A stretch of 64,000 bases of DNA from an uncultured Clostridia bacterium (GCA_944383275.1 CALWOV010000003.1:29827-93826), one strand, 5' to 3'. Counted from the stretch's first letter, positions 48,684 through 59,076 are shown. Notes: a model not told the origin generated them from the letters alone. Numbers and translations are program-made.

Positions 48684-51179
48684 TTAAGACTTATCACAAT
48701 ATACTTTTTTAATTGTGCCTTTAGATTTTAACATTGGTTTTCCTTTGGTTGTTCTAGCCTCGATTGGTATATCTTCGCTTGAAATTCCATAGTCTTCATC
48801 TGCCTCTATAACAAATGGTTCAGGAAGAGTGCAAAGATGAACAAACACAACCTTGTCTTTATCACCAAGCCCAATTAAACGAACACCTTTTCTGTATCGT
48901 GGAAGTTTATCAATTTGTGCCACAATAACTCGTTTGCAATAGCCTTGCTCTGTTATAACAGCAAGTTCGCCTTCATCTGAACAAATATCAGCATAGACAA
49001 CTTTATCATTTTCGTAAAGATTAATTCCACGAACGCCACCACTTATTCTTCCTTGTTCTGGAACATCGGTTTTTTCGGCATAAAGAACTTGACCCTTTTC
49101 AGTTGCAAATACCATATCTGTGTCAACTTCATCAAATACAACATTAATAAGTTGGTCATCGTCACGAATTTTAACTGCTTGGAAATAATTTTTTAATAAG
49201 TTATATTCTTTAAATTTTGTTCGTTTAACAAAACCCTGTTCTGTAAAGAATAATAAATCTTGGTCATCAAACTGTGCAACAAAGATTGCTACAATTTTTT
49301 CATCTAGACCAAAATCTACAAACAATTCTCTTGGGTTTATTCCTTTATCTTTAAACCTGCACATAGGAATTGATTTTGCTTCAAACTTAACACAATAACC
49401 TTTATTTGTAAACGCAAGTAAAGTTGTGTTGTTAAGCATACTAGATGAAATTAAATGAACTTGGCTTAATTTCGAACCTTCTTTAAACTCTTTATTAGAA
49501 ATGTCGTAGCCTTTTTTAGACATAGCCTTTAAGTTACCTTGTGCTGTTAGACCAACAACAATTTCTTCAGGCACATTAAGGTCAACAGTTTCTGGCTCTT
49601 GTTCTAATTGACCATTTTTTAAAATAGTTGTTTTTCTTGGAGTTTTATATTTTCGTTTAATTTCAAGTAATTCTTGTTTAACAATATCAAGTTGCAACGC
49701 TTCAGAATTAATAATTGCTGTTAATTGTTTTATTTTTGCTTCAAGTTCGGCAATTTCGTTTGTTATTTTGTTAACTTCCAAGTTAGTTAACCTTGCAAGG
49801 CGCATATCCAAAATTGCTTGAGCCTGACGCTCGGACAAGAAAAATCTTTCTTTTAATTTAACTTTTGCATCTACAGGAGATGTTGCTTTTTTAATTATTG
49901 CAACAACTTCATCTATATTCTTTATTGCAATTAACAAACCTTGCAAAATATGCAATCTATCTTTTGCAACTGCAAGTTCATATTTACTTCTTCGTAAGAT
50001 AATATTTTTTTGGTAATTAACATAATATGCAATAATTTCTTTAAGCCCTAATGTTTTTGGCTTTCCACCTGCAATAGCAACCATATTTATACCAAAGCTG
50101 CTTTCAAGTTCGGTAGATTTCATTAAAGCATTCATAACAGCCTTTGCATCGCCATCTTTCTTAATAACAATAACAGCGCGCATACCCTGTCTATCACTTT
50201 CATCTCGAACATCGGAAATATCTGTTAAAACGCCTTTCTTTTCTTCCCTTAACTCTACAATACTTTGCAATAGTTTTGCTTTGTTAACCTGATAAGGCAT
50301 TTCTGTTATAACTATATTTTTCTTTTCGTTTTTTGTTTCTTCAATGAAATATTTTGCTCGTAATATAATTTTGCCTTTTCCTGTTGAATATGCTTTTTCT
50401 ATTTCAGACAAAATCATATTTCCACCAGTTGGAAAATCTGGACCTTTTATATAGTGCATTAAACCCTGCAAGGAAATTTTAGGGTCGTCGATGTAAGCCA
50501 CAACACCATCTATTACTTCGCCAAGGTTATGTGGTGGAATGTTTGTTGCAAGCCCAACAGCAATACCTGTTGCACCATTAACAAGTAAATTTGGAAAACG
50601 CCCTGGTAACATATCAGGTTCTTTTAAAGTGTCATCAAAGTTTAAACTCCACCTAACTGTGTCTTTTTCCAAATCACGCAACAATTCCATTGCTAGTGGA
50701 GCAAGTTTTGCTTCGGTATAACGCATTGCCGCAGCACTGTCGCCATCGTTAGAACCAAAGTTTCCGTGCCCTTGCACTAAAATTTCACCCATATTATGTG
50801 GTTGCGCCATTCTTACCATAGCGTCATAAATTGAAGTATCACCGTGTGGGTGATATTTACCTAAACAATCTCCAACGATACGAGCCGATTTTCTGTATGG
50901 TTTATCTGGCTCTAACCCCAATTCTAGCATTGTGTATAAAATTCTTCGTTGAACAGGTTTTAAACCATCTTCTACGCGTGGCAAAGCACGGTCTAGAATA
51001 ACATGTTCACTATAAGGAATCATACTGTCGTGCAAAACTTCATCTATAGAGCGTGTGATAATTCCACCAGCAACAATTTCTTCATTGGAATGGTCTTTGT
51101 GTGGTGCTGTTGGCTTTTCATTGCCTTTTGTTTCGTTGGTTAGTTCGTTGTTGTTAACTTCGTTGTTGTCTTCTTCCAT
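48684..51179 (-). CDS. parC: Type IIA topoisomerase subunit A, ParC-like (topoisomerase IV) rather than GyrA
   Basis: Catalytic-region motifs KYHPHGD and AAMRYTE; KPVQRRILY (Q as in ParC, where GyrA has H); no QRRGGKG GyrA-box seen at the start of the C-terminal domain. Confidence 0.65.
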   Translation of the reverse strand: MEEDNNEVNNNELTNETKGNEKPTAPHKDHSNEEIVAGGIITRSIDEVLHDSMIPYSEHVILDRALPRVEDGLKPVQRRILYTMLELGLEPDKPYRKSARIVGDCLGKYHPHGDTSIYDAMVRMAQPHNMGEILVQGHGNFGSNDGDSAAAMRYTEAKLAPLAMELLRDLEKDTVRWSLNFDDTLKEPDMLPGRFPNLLVNGATGIAVGLATNIPPHNLGEVIDGVVAYIDDPKISLQGLMHYIKGPDFPTGGNMILSEIEKAYSTGKGKIILRAKYFIEETKNEKKNIVITEMPYQVNKAKLLQSIVELREEKKGVLTDISDVRDESDRQGMRAVIVIKKDGDAKAVMNALMKSTELESSFGINMVAIAGGKPKTLGLKEIIAYYVNYQKNIILRRSKYELAVAKDRLHILQGLLIAIKNIDEVVAIIKKATSPVDAKVKLKERFFLSERQAQAILDMRLARLTNLEVNKITNEIAELEAKIKQLTAIINSEALQLDIVKQELLEIKRKYKTPRKTTILKNGQLEQEPETVDLNVPEEIVVGLTAQGNLKAMSKKGYDISNKEFKEGSKLSQVHLISSSMLNNTTLLAFTNKGYCVKFEAKSIPMCRFKDKGINPRELFVDFGLDEKIVAIFVAQFDDQDLLFFTEQGFVKRTKFKEYNLLKNYFQAVKIRDDDQLINVVFDEVDTDMVFATEKGQVLYAEKTDVPEQGRISGGVRGINLYENDKVVYADICSDEGELAVITEQGYCKRVIVAQIDKLPRYRKGVRLIGLGDKDKVVFVHLCTLPEPFVIEADEDYGISSEDIPIEARTTKGKPMLKSKGTIKKVYCDKS

Positions 51180-51194
51180 ATTTCCCCCAATTTA

Positions 51195-53159
51195 TCAGTT
51201 ACCAGCAAACTTATCTTCACGGTTGAAGTTTGCGTGTTCACTGATATAACTTTTTCGTGCTTCTATGTTATCACCCATAAGTGTTGTTATTAAAAGTTCA
51301 GCATTAGCAGCATCATCAACAGACACTTGCATTAACGAACGATTTTGTGGATCCATTGTTGTTTGCCAAAGTTGTTCTGGGTTCATTTCACCCAAACCTT
51401 TATATCGTTGCAAAGTGTAACCTTTTCCTACTCTGTTAATTGCATCTTGAAGTTCTGCATCACTATAAACATATTCAATTTTATCTTTCTTTTGAATTTT
51501 ATATAAAGGCGGCATACCAATATATAAATGTCCATTTGTAACTAATTCTTTCATGTAACGGAAAAAGAAAGTTAATAAAATTGCTCTTATATGTGCACCA
51601 TCTTGGTCAGCATCTGAAAGTATAATAACTTTGTGATATTTTAATGAATCTAAATTAAAATCTTCCCCAATACCTGCACCTAATGCACTGATTATTGTTC
51701 TTATTTCTTCATTTGCAAGAACCTGTGATAATCTTTTCTTTTCTGCATTAAGTGGTTTTCCACGAAGTGGCAAAATTGCTTGGAATGACCTGTCTCTTGC
51801 TTGTTTTGCGCTTCCACCTGCACTATCACCTTCCACAATAAACAATTCGTTAAGTTCTGGCTTTTTACCTGTGCAACTTGAAAGTTTTCCAATTAAATTA
51901 CTGTTTTCAATACTGTTTTTAGCACGAGTTATTTCTTTTGCTTTTCTTGCTGCCTCTCTTACTTTTGCGGCTGCCTTACCCTTTTTAAGTGCAAGTTCTA
52001 AAACTGATTTATTTTCGTTTTTTTCAAAGAATGCAACAAGTTGATTGTAGACAATATTTTCAACTTCTGCTTTAATTTCAGGGTTACCAAGTTTTGTTTT
52101 TGTTTGACCTTCGAACTGAACATTTCGCATTTTTATTGATAATGCCAAAGTCATTCCTTCTCGGTAATCTTCGCCCATTAAGTTTGCTTCTTTATCTTTA
52201 AGCAAATTCAACCTTCTACCCATATCGTTAAAGACACGAGTTAAAGCACTTTTAAGACCTGTTTCGTGCGTTCCACCTTCGCTGGTTGGAATGTTGTTTA
52301 CATAACTGAAAACATTTTCGGTATAAGAATTTGTATATTGAAAAGCGCAAGCAAGTGTAACAAGGTCTGATTTTCCTTCTATGTAAACAGGGTCAGGATT
52401 TTCAACAGTTTTATTTGTGTTAAGATAGATAACAAAATCTCGAAGTCCACCACTATATTTGAAAACTTGTTGTTTTGAAGAATTGCCACGCCCCATTGTT
52501 TCATCTATAAAAACAATTTCAACACCTTTATTTAAAAAAGCTAATTCTCTTAATCTTTTTGAAATAATTTCTGGGCTGAATGTTATATCTTCAAAAACAC
52601 GGTCGTCTGGTAAAAATCTTACTCTTGTTCCAAACTTATCTGTTGTTCCTATTTGTGTTAAATGTTTAACTGGAATACCTGATGAAATTTTGCCGTTTTT
52701 AGAAATGCTTTCAAAACGCATTTCATATTCTTTTCCATCACGGCAAACATAAACTTCTAGCCAACGAGATAAAGCATTTGTAACAGAAGCACCAACACCG
52801 TGTAGACCCCCAGAATAACTATAGTTATCGTTACCAAACTTTCCACCTGCGTGAAGTTGAGTGAAAACAACTTCAACACCCGAAACGCCCATTTGTGGGT
52901 GAATATCAACGGGAATACCCCTTCCATTGTCTTCAACTTCAATACTACCATCATTATATAAAGTTACAATTATTTTATTTCCAAAACCATTTGAAATTTC
53001 ATCGATAGAGTTATCAACGATTTCCCAAAGCAAATGGTGCAAACCTTTGATACCTGTTGTTCCTATATACATACCCGGTCTCATACGAACAGCATCAAGC
53101 CCTTCTAAAATCATTATATCTTTTGAATCATACGCTTTTGCCAAAATAAAGTCCCCCAA
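51195..53159 (-). CDS. parE: Type IIA topoisomerase subunit B, ParE-like
   Basis: GHKL ATPase N-terminus (LEGLDAVRMRPGMYIG), Toprim EGDSAGGSAKQARDR. Called ParE because of the ParC-like partner and because the C-terminus lacks the -NLDI ending I recall for B. subtilis GyrB. Confidence 0.6.
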   Translation of the reverse strand: MGDFILAKAYDSKDIMILEGLDAVRMRPGMYIGTTGIKGLHHLLWEIVDNSIDEISNGFGNKIIVTLYNDGSIEVEDNGRGIPVDIHPQMGVSGVEVVFTQLHAGGKFGNDNYSYSGGLHGVGASVTNALSRWLEVYVCRDGKEYEMRFESISKNGKISSGIPVKHLTQIGTTDKFGTRVRFLPDDRVFEDITFSPEIISKRLRELAFLNKGVEIVFIDETMGRGNSSKQQVFKYSGGLRDFVIYLNTNKTVENPDPVYIEGKSDLVTLACAFQYTNSYTENVFSYVNNIPTSEGGTHETGLKSALTRVFNDMGRRLNLLKDKEANLMGEDYREGMTLALSIKMRNVQFEGQTKTKLGNPEIKAEVENIVYNQLVAFFEKNENKSVLELALKKGKAAAKVREAARKAKEITRAKNSIENSNLIGKLSSCTGKKPELNELFIVEGDSAGGSAKQARDRSFQAILPLRGKPLNAEKKRLSQVLANEEIRTIISALGAGIGEDFNLDSLKYHKVIILSDADQDGAHIRAILLTFFFRYMKELVTNGHLYIGMPPLYKIQKKDKIEYVYSDAELQDAINRVGKGYTLQRYKGLGEMNPEQLWQTTMDPQNRSLMQVSVDDAANAELLITTLMGDNIEARKSYISEHANFNREDKFAGN

Positions 53160-53330
53160 TTTATCTTAAAGAATAATTTAAAAATCACACATCATTGTGT
53201 GCAAAATAAAAATATATATAAATATAATATCACATTTTTTTTGAAAAACAAAAAGAAAAAATCTGATTTTTCAAAATTTTTTTCATAAAAAAGCAAAAAT
53301 GTTCATATAATTACTATTAAGGAGAAGTTT

Positions 53331-54431
53331 ATGGCATCAATAATTTTAACCGGTGGTGGCACTGCTGGACATATAATTCCCAATATTGCACTGCTATCTA
53401 GACTTAAAACTAAATTTGATAAAATAGTTTACATTGGAAGTGAAAATGGAATGGAAAAAGATTTAATTAAGAACTACCCTTTTGTGTCTTATATTCCTAT
53501 TACCACTGTTAAATTAGTTAGAAAATTTACTTTAAAAAATTTAAAAATACCATTTTTGTTATTAAAAGGTATTAAGCAAGCAAACAAAATTATAAAAGAA
53601 TTAAAGCCTGCAATAATTTTTAGCAAGGGTGGATTTGTAAGTGTTCCCGTGGTTCTTGCTGGCAAAAAAAATAAAGTTCCTATTGTTTCACACGAAAGCG
53701 ATTTCAGTTTGGGACTTGCAAATAAAATAACTAAAAACAAAGTTAATTGTATTTGCACAACATTTCCACAAACTGCAGATATGCTTAAAAATGGCGTTTA
53801 TGTTGGCTCGCCTGTTCGTGATGAATTATTCAAAGTTAATAAAAATGCCGTTAAAGCTAAACTTAATATTCATACAACAAAACCAATTTTAACCATCATT
53901 GGTGGAAGTGCTGGTTCAAAAACTTTTAATGATATTATTTGGAAAAATATAGATAAATTACTTGAAAAATTTTTTATAATTCACATAACAGGAAAAAACA
54001 AACTTAATAAAAACATTAGTAAAAACGATTACATTCAAATAGAATATACAAACAATATAGAAGAAATTTATGCTATCGCTGATTTTGCAATAACTCGTGG
54101 TGGTTCTAATGTTATATGGGAACTTGCTGCACTTTGTATTCCGATGATTATAATTCCTTTAAGTAAAAAAATATCTCGTGGAGACCAAATTCAAAATGCA
54201 TTATATTTTGAAAAAATGGGATATGCATTAACACTGTTTGAAGAAGAATTAAATATAGAAAATTTACTTATCAAACTTGATGAACTTAAAGCAAAAGAAA
54301 ATATTTTTAAGTCTAATTTAAAAAAACTTGATGCTTCTAAAGGTTTAGATAAAATATTTAATTTAATTTGTAACTACAGTAATACTGAAAATTGTCCTAA
54401 CTCCAATCTAAAAATAACAGTAACTAACTAA
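53331..54431 (+). CDS. murG: UDP-GlcNAc:lipid I N-acetylglucosaminyltransferase MurG
   Basis: N-terminal GGGTAGHIIP motif, 366 aa, GT28 pattern. Confidence 0.85.
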   Translation: MASIILTGGGTAGHIIPNIALLSRLKTKFDKIVYIGSENGMEKDLIKNYPFVSYIPITTVKLVRKFTLKNLKIPFLLLKGIKQANKIIKELKPAIIFSKGGFVSVPVVLAGKKNKVPIVSHESDFSLGLANKITKNKVNCICTTFPQTADMLKNGVYVGSPVRDELFKVNKNAVKAKLNIHTTKPILTIIGGSAGSKTFNDIIWKNIDKLLEKFFIIHITGKNKLNKNISKNDYIQIEYTNNIEEIYAIADFAITRGGSNVIWELAALCIPMIIIPLSKKISRGDQIQNALYFEKMGYALTLFEEELNIENLLIKLDELKAKENIFKSNLKKLDASKGLDKIFNLICNYSNTENCPNSNLKITVTN

Positions 54432-54456
54432 AAAAACACCATATGGTGTTTTTTAT
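54431..54456 (+). terminator. Rho-independent terminator after murG
   Basis: ACACCATATGGTGT hairpin followed by TTTTTATAC. Confidence 0.7.
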
Positions 54457-54502
54457 ACATTTTTTATTCAAAAAATTAAAGTGAAAACATAAATTAAAAA
54501 TT

Positions 54503-54542
54503 AGAACATATGTTTGACTTTTTGTTTTTTTAGTGTTATAAT
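54503..54542 (+). promoter_or_regulatory. Sigma-A-type promoter overlapped by a LexA (Cheo)-type box
   Basis: -35 TTGACT (54514-54519), 17-nt spacer, -10 TATAAT (54537-54542); AGAACATATGTTTG (54503-54516) overlaps the -35. Confidence 0.65.
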
Positions 54543-54579
54543 ATTACCAATAATTACCAATTTTAAAAAGGAGTAGATT

Positions 54580-54912
54580 TTGACAATTTCAATATTAATG
54601 GGAATTATATGGGAACTTTTGCAACATAAAAAACTAACTGCAAAACAAATTTCTGAAAAATATGAAATAAGCATAAGAAGTGTTTATAGATATGTTGATG
54701 CGCTGTGTTCTAGTGGTTTCCCTGTTATTACATATGTTGGCAAAAATGGTGGAATATCTATTGAGCCAAGTTGTATAATTAAAAATAATTACTTTACCAA
54801 AAACGAAATAAATTATCTTTTAGAGCTTAGTTCTAATTCTAATAATCTAAATGATGAAATTAAAAGTTTGAATGAAAAATTAAGATATTTATATATGAAT
54901 AATAATTCATAA
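54580..54912 (+). CDS. Small wHTH transcriptional regulator (YafY/DeoR-type HTH only)
   Basis: 110 aa with a TTG start after AAGGAG; HTH pattern LTAKQISEKYEISIRSVYRYVDAL; no WYL or effector domain. Confidence 0.6.
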   Translation: MTISILMGIIWELLQHKKLTAKQISEKYEISIRSVYRYVDALCSSGFPVITYVGKNGGISIEPSCIIKNNYFTKNEINYLLELSSNSNNLNDEIKSLNEKLRYLYMNNNS

Positions 54913-54918
54913 TTTTGT

Positions 54919-56055
54919 TTATTTATGCGTTTTTCCACTTTTGATTTTTGAAAAATTTATTAATGCTTCAGTTTTAAAAACATAATTTAATCTTTCTTTT
55001 TCAGTCTTTTTCTCTTTGGCTAAAACAATTAATTTTGATATTAATTGGCCAAAACTTATTTTTTTGTCTTTCCATAAATAAAATGCTAAAGAACCCGGTA
55101 TTGTATTTATTTCATTTAACCAAACTTTATTGTTTATATCAATAAAAAAATCCATTCTTACTACACCTGCACAATCAAAAGAAATAAAGGCTTTTTTAGC
55201 ATACTTTTGTATTGTTCTTATCACAGCATCATCTAACTTAACATCAACTTTTCTAGAATGTTTAGGTTTTATATATTTTTCATCAAAATTAAAAATATCG
55301 CCATCGCTTTCAATTTGTTCTAAAACAGAGCATTCAATTTTATCTTCCACACCCAAACAAGCAATATTTACTTCTTTAAAATCTTCCATAGCCTTTTCAA
55401 CTATAATTTTATTATCAAAATGAGAAGCAAATTCTATGGCTGAATTAAGTTCGTTTTCTGTTTTACACTTTGAAATTCCTACACTACTTCCAAGTCTGCA
55501 AGGTTTAACAATAACAGGAAACCCACATTTAATTTTAATCATTCTTACAATTTCTTTTCGATTAGCAAGAAATTGCTTATATAAAAAACTATAATAAGGC
55601 AAGGTGTTTATATTTACAGATTTCATAACGGCTTTTGAAATTGCTTTATCCATACAAACAGCACTTCCAAGAACAGATGCAGAAGTATATGGTATTCCAC
55701 ACATTTCTAACAAACCTTGAATGCTTCCATCTTCGCCATTTGTTCCGTGTAAAGCAAGTAAAGCACAATCTATTTCATATTCTCTAACGCCTAATTTGTG
55801 CTTAATTTTTATTTTTTTATCATTTGTTGTAAAATAGCATTTTTTTAGTTTACTTGTTTCAAAATTTTCATAAAATCCTGCATCTTGAAGTTTATCGCCA
55901 GTCCACCACTCGCCTTCTCGTGTTATATAAACAGGAATTAAATTATAAATTGGGTGTATATTTTGCATAATTTGTAAACCTGTTATAATTGAAATGTCGT
56001 GCTCAACTGATTTTCCACCAAAAATAACAACTAAATTTTTCATAACAACCTCCAC
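54919..56055 (-). CDS. ddl: D-alanine--D-alanine ligase
   Basis: N-terminus VVIFGGKSVEHDISI and an ATP-grasp pattern; probable start at 56043 after GGAGGT. Confidence 0.9.
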   Translation of the reverse strand: MEVVMKNLVVIFGGKSVEHDISIITGLQIMQNIHPIYNLIPVYITREGEWWTGDKLQDAGFYENFETSKLKKCYFTTNDKKIKIKHKLGVREYEIDCALLALHGTNGEDGSIQGLLEMCGIPYTSASVLGSAVCMDKAISKAVMKSVNINTLPYYSFLYKQFLANRKEIVRMIKIKCGFPVIVKPCRLGSSVGISKCKTENELNSAIEFASHFDNKIIVEKAMEDFKEVNIACLGVEDKIECSVLEQIESDGDIFNFDEKYIKPKHSRKVDVKLDDAVIRTIQKYAKKAFISFDCAGVVRMDFFIDINNKVWLNEINTIPGSLAFYLWKDKKISFGQLISKLIVLAKEKKTEKERLNYVFKTEALINFSKIKSGKTHK

Positions 56056-56103
56056 TGATTAAATTTTTATATGAAAGTTGTTATAAAAATGTTAATAATA
56101 AAT

Positions 56104-56128
56104 AAAAGCAACAAAATTTGTTGCTTTT
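56104..56128. terminator. Bidirectional hairpin terminator between the repeat locus and ddl
   Basis: AAAAGCAACAAA/TTTGTTGCTTTT palindrome, T-rich on both strands. Confidence 0.55.
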
Positions 56129-56147
56129 ATTTTTAATAACTCGTTTT

Positions 56148-56248
56148 TATATAATCGGAAGTTTTGTCTGCAAGTGCATATTGGCATTCGCAAGCAAAAC
56201 TGATATTTATTTACACTGTATTAAAATTTTACATCACAAAGTCTATAT
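56148..56248 (+). repeat. Mini-module D (101 bp) of the same family
   Basis: TATAT-AATCGGAAGTTTTGTCTG, hairpin, CAAGCAAAACTGATATTTATTTACACTG ... ACATCACAAAGTCTATAT. Has the 5-prime, central and 3-prime boxes but lacks the second hairpin region. Confidence 0.7.
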
Positions 56249-56396
56249 TACAAAAAGTTTATATAAAATTTGGGTTTACTTTAACTTTACATAAATAGTA
56301 ACTAAATCAAATTTATGCCGATAAACATCAGTTTTAAAGTAATTTTTCAATTCGCTAAAAATTTTCATTTTAAAATTGTTACGGCGCAATTTATAT
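56249..56396 (+). repeat. Possible highly degenerate module
   Basis: Begins TACAAAAAGT (compare TAATCAAAAGT at 62577) and ends TTTATAT; contains AACATCAGTTTT, the reverse complement of the central box; otherwise unrecognisable. Confidence 0.25.
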
Positions 56397-56554
56397 TATC
56401 GGAAGTTTTGTCTGAATGCATACGAAGCAAAGCGAGTGTATATTCAAGCAAAACTGATGTTAATTCAAACAGTGTTGCCGTTGGAACAACGGGTTTGCGT
56501 TTAGCAAATTGGTTTGTGAACATCGTGAGCGAAACAACATCTCATAGTTTATAT
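56392..56554 (+). repeat. Non-coding module B, copy 2 (163 bp)
   Basis: Differs from 23828-23990 at 3 positions by hand alignment. Confidence 0.85.
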
Positions 56555-56701
56555 TATCGGAAGTCGAACCAAGCACAACTTTAGTTGTATTTGAGTGAGA
56601 CTGATGTTAATTCAAACTGTGATGACGGGCAAAGCACGCAAATTCGTTAGAATTTATTAAAATTTTATGTTTGTAAAATTTTAACATCACATAGTTTATA
56701 T
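56550..56701 (+). repeat. Non-coding module A, copy 2 (152 bp)
   Basis: Differs from 23681-23832 at 5 positions by hand alignment; its last base is the first base of the murF-like stop-codon triplet. Confidence 0.85.
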
Positions 56702-58362
56702 TAAGTATAATTATCTGGTAAATCATTTTCCCACAATATAATATCTTTAGCACAAACTATATCTTTTAAAATTGCCTGTGCTGTTTCAAAAGTTTCTGCC
56801 TCAAAAATATTGCTTTCACTAAAGCCACCTTCAATTAAGCCTTCTCTTATGGCTAGATAGTGAGTTTTGTTAACAATTACAACTAAATCTGCAACTTTTG
56901 CTATATCTTTACCAAAATTAAAGTTTGCAAGTCTTTCTAAATTTCCAAGTTCAACAAGCCCCGGTGTTATTACAATTTTTCGTCTATCTTTAAACATAGA
57001 TAAAACTTCCAAAGCACGCTTACTGCCTTCTATACTTGCGTTATAAGCATCGTCAAGCACCAAAACATCGTTTTCAGATTTTATAAGTTGTAATCTATGG
57101 TCAACAGGAGATATCTTTTCTATACCCTGTTTAATTTGGTCTAATGTTAAGCCAAGTTTTATACATAAAGGAATGCACAACAAAATATTTACTATATTAT
57201 GTTTACCTAAAACTTTTGTATAACATTCAAGAACATCTTTCCCTATATGAAGTTTAAATTTAGTTCCTTCTGTTGTAGTTTCAACATCACTTGCATAAAC
57301 ATCGCAATCTTTATTATCTATTGATACAAATTTTTTATCACAAACACAACTTTGCGCAATCTTTTCGGCATATTTATTGTCTAAATTAAATACGCACATT
57401 CCATCGTCTGGTAAACTTTTTGGTAATTCAGACTTTGTTTTAACAACATTATCAATTGTGTGAAATGTTGCCATATGCTGTTCTCCAACAGGAGTAATTA
57501 TTGCATATTTGGGTTTAACTATATCACAAAGTTCTTCAATATCTCCAACCGTTCTTGCCCCCATTTCTGCAATAAATATTTGATGACTAAATTCTAGAAA
57601 CTGTATGATAGATTTAGTTACACCCATTGTCGTATTATAATTAAAAGGTGTGCTTAAAACATTATATTTTTCACTTAAAATAGTATCTAAAAAGTTTTTA
57701 ACACTTGTTTTACCATAACTTCCTGTAATTCCAATTTTTATTAAATCAGGATAATTTTGCATTTTCTTTTTTGCTTGATGCACATATTTTTGGTTTATTG
57801 CTTTTTCTAACGGTTTCATTACCCAATGAACAAATGGAACTGTTATTGGCACAATTAAAGGAGTTAAAGCAACAGCACCAAAACGCAAAATATCTATAAA
57901 CATTGAAGATAAAACAATAACCCCAAATGAAATTGCAAGATGCAAAATAAATAATAAAATCATACTTCTAGTCATTCGATTAGTCATTTTTAATGGAGTT
58001 TTTTTAGGGGCTGTATAGACATTTACTATAAAGAAAATAGAAAGTATAAAATAAATAATTAAGCCAAGATAAGCAAGATAATCAAGAAAAGCATTAAAAA
58101 TTGCGTTTGTAACAATAAGTGTTGCAACTGATATAAGCGAAAGCATTGCAAGTCTTAACACATATTTTGCTCTGGTGTTTTTAAGCCAATCAAAGTAGCC
58201 ACGATTATGATAACCGTTAAGTTGAATTATTTGCATAAATTTATAGCCTTCATAACATAGCAAAACTGCATTTATAACTGATAAAACTATGGCAATAATA
58301 AAATGTCCATTACTAAAATCAAAAAAATCTGTTGTCATTGCTCCTCCCAAAATTGCATACAT
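56701..58362 (-). CDS. murF: MurF-like Mur ligase with N-terminal polytopic membrane domain
   Basis: P-loop GITGSYGKTS at about aa 213, with Mur ligase central and C-terminal domains (DDAYNAS). The first ~200 aa form about 5 hydrophobic helices. Probable start at 58338 (GGGAGGAG RBS, ATGA overlap with the upstream stop). Confidence 0.7.
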   Translation of the reverse strand: MYAILGGAMTTDFFDFSNGHFIIAIVLSVINAVLLCYEGYKFMQIIQLNGYHNRGYFDWLKNTRAKYVLRLAMLSLISVATLIVTNAIFNAFLDYLAYLGLIIYFILSIFFIVNVYTAPKKTPLKMTNRMTRSMILLFILHLAISFGVIVLSSMFIDILRFGAVALTPLIVPITVPFVHWVMKPLEKAINQKYVHQAKKKMQNYPDLIKIGITGSYGKTSVKNFLDTILSEKYNVLSTPFNYNTTMGVTKSIIQFLEFSHQIFIAEMGARTVGDIEELCDIVKPKYAIITPVGEQHMATFHTIDNVVKTKSELPKSLPDDGMCVFNLDNKYAEKIAQSCVCDKKFVSIDNKDCDVYASDVETTTEGTKFKLHIGKDVLECYTKVLGKHNIVNILLCIPLCIKLGLTLDQIKQGIEKISPVDHRLQLIKSENDVLVLDDAYNASIEGSKRALEVLSMFKDRRKIVITPGLVELGNLERLANFNFGKDIAKVADLVVIVNKTHYLAIREGLIEGGFSESNIFEAETFETAQAILKDIVCAKDIILWENDLPDNYT

Positions 58363-59066
58363 ATTTTGCTATACTCTTGCAAATTTTCAATATGGCAATA
58401 ATGTCCACCATTTAAAATAATTAATTTACTGTTTTTAATAAGTTTGTTGAAAGTTTTTCCCATATAAAGTGGTGTGTCTTTATCTTTTTTCCCCCACACC
58501 AATAAAGTTGGAATACTTATTTTTCTTGCATCATCACTTAAATCTTCATTTACAACTTTTACAAATGTTTGTTTCATTATATCATTTAATTGTTTATAAT
58601 CATCTGAACCAAACTTTTCTAGCACTTTTTTATCTTTTAAGCCCTCATTTACCTTTATTTTAAGTTTTTTATATCTTTTTATAAGATATTTTTGTTTTAA
58701 AGTTAACTTTTTTCTTAAACCAGCACTATCGGAAAGTATTAAACTTTTACAACTTTTAGGATATTTTGTGCATAGTTTAACAGCCACTCGCCCACCAAAA
58801 GAATGTCCAACAATGTTAACTGTTTTTAACTTTTGTTTATTAATAAAATCATAAACCAAATCCGCATAGTCTTCAACTGATAAAGAAGTTTTTGGATTAT
58901 CACTTTTCCCAAAGCCCCAAAAATCTATATTTATCGTTTTATAGAATTGGGAAACAATATTTGTAACTGCTTTAAAATCTGAAATATCACTTCCCCAACC
59001 GTGTAGAAACAGCACAGGTTCACCTGTTCCTAATATCTCATAATTGGTGTGCAGGTTTAAAGGCAT
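58335..59066 (-). CDS. Alpha/beta-fold hydrolase
   Basis: 243 aa with a nucleophile elbow GHSFGG and an HGWG oxyanion region. Confidence 0.7.
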   Translation of the reverse strand: MPLNLHTNYEILGTGEPVLFLHGWGSDISDFKAVTNIVSQFYKTINIDFWGFGKSDNPKTSLSVEDYADLVYDFINKQKLKTVNIVGHSFGGRVAVKLCTKYPKSCKSLILSDSAGLRKKLTLKQKYLIKRYKKLKIKVNEGLKDKKVLEKFGSDDYKQLNDIMKQTFVKVVNEDLSDDARKISIPTLLVWGKKDKDTPLYMGKTFNKLIKNSKLIILNGGHYCHIENLQEYSKICMQFWEEQ

Positions 59067-59076
59067 TACTCCCCCA

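Noticed and set aside
48684-53159. Calling the topoisomerase pair gyrB/gyrA
   Set aside because: The A subunit has KPVQRRILY (ParC-type Q) and no GyrA-box at the start of its C-terminal domain. There is no dnaA, dnaN or recF context. ParE/ParC is preferred, but only with moderate confidence.
56324-56335. Inverted partial module (AACATCAGTTTT is the reverse complement of the central box)
   Set aside because: Only about 12-14 nt match, and the surrounding reverse-complement sequence shows none of the other boxes. This is probably chance or extreme decay, so it is listed only as a low-confidence degenerate unit.
56315-56584. 89-aa plus-strand ORF spanning module B2
   Set aside because: In locus 1 the same frame is closed by the TAG of the 3-prime box just upstream of the unit, and there is no in-frame ATG inside the unit. 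The ORF here exists only because of unrelated upstream sequence.
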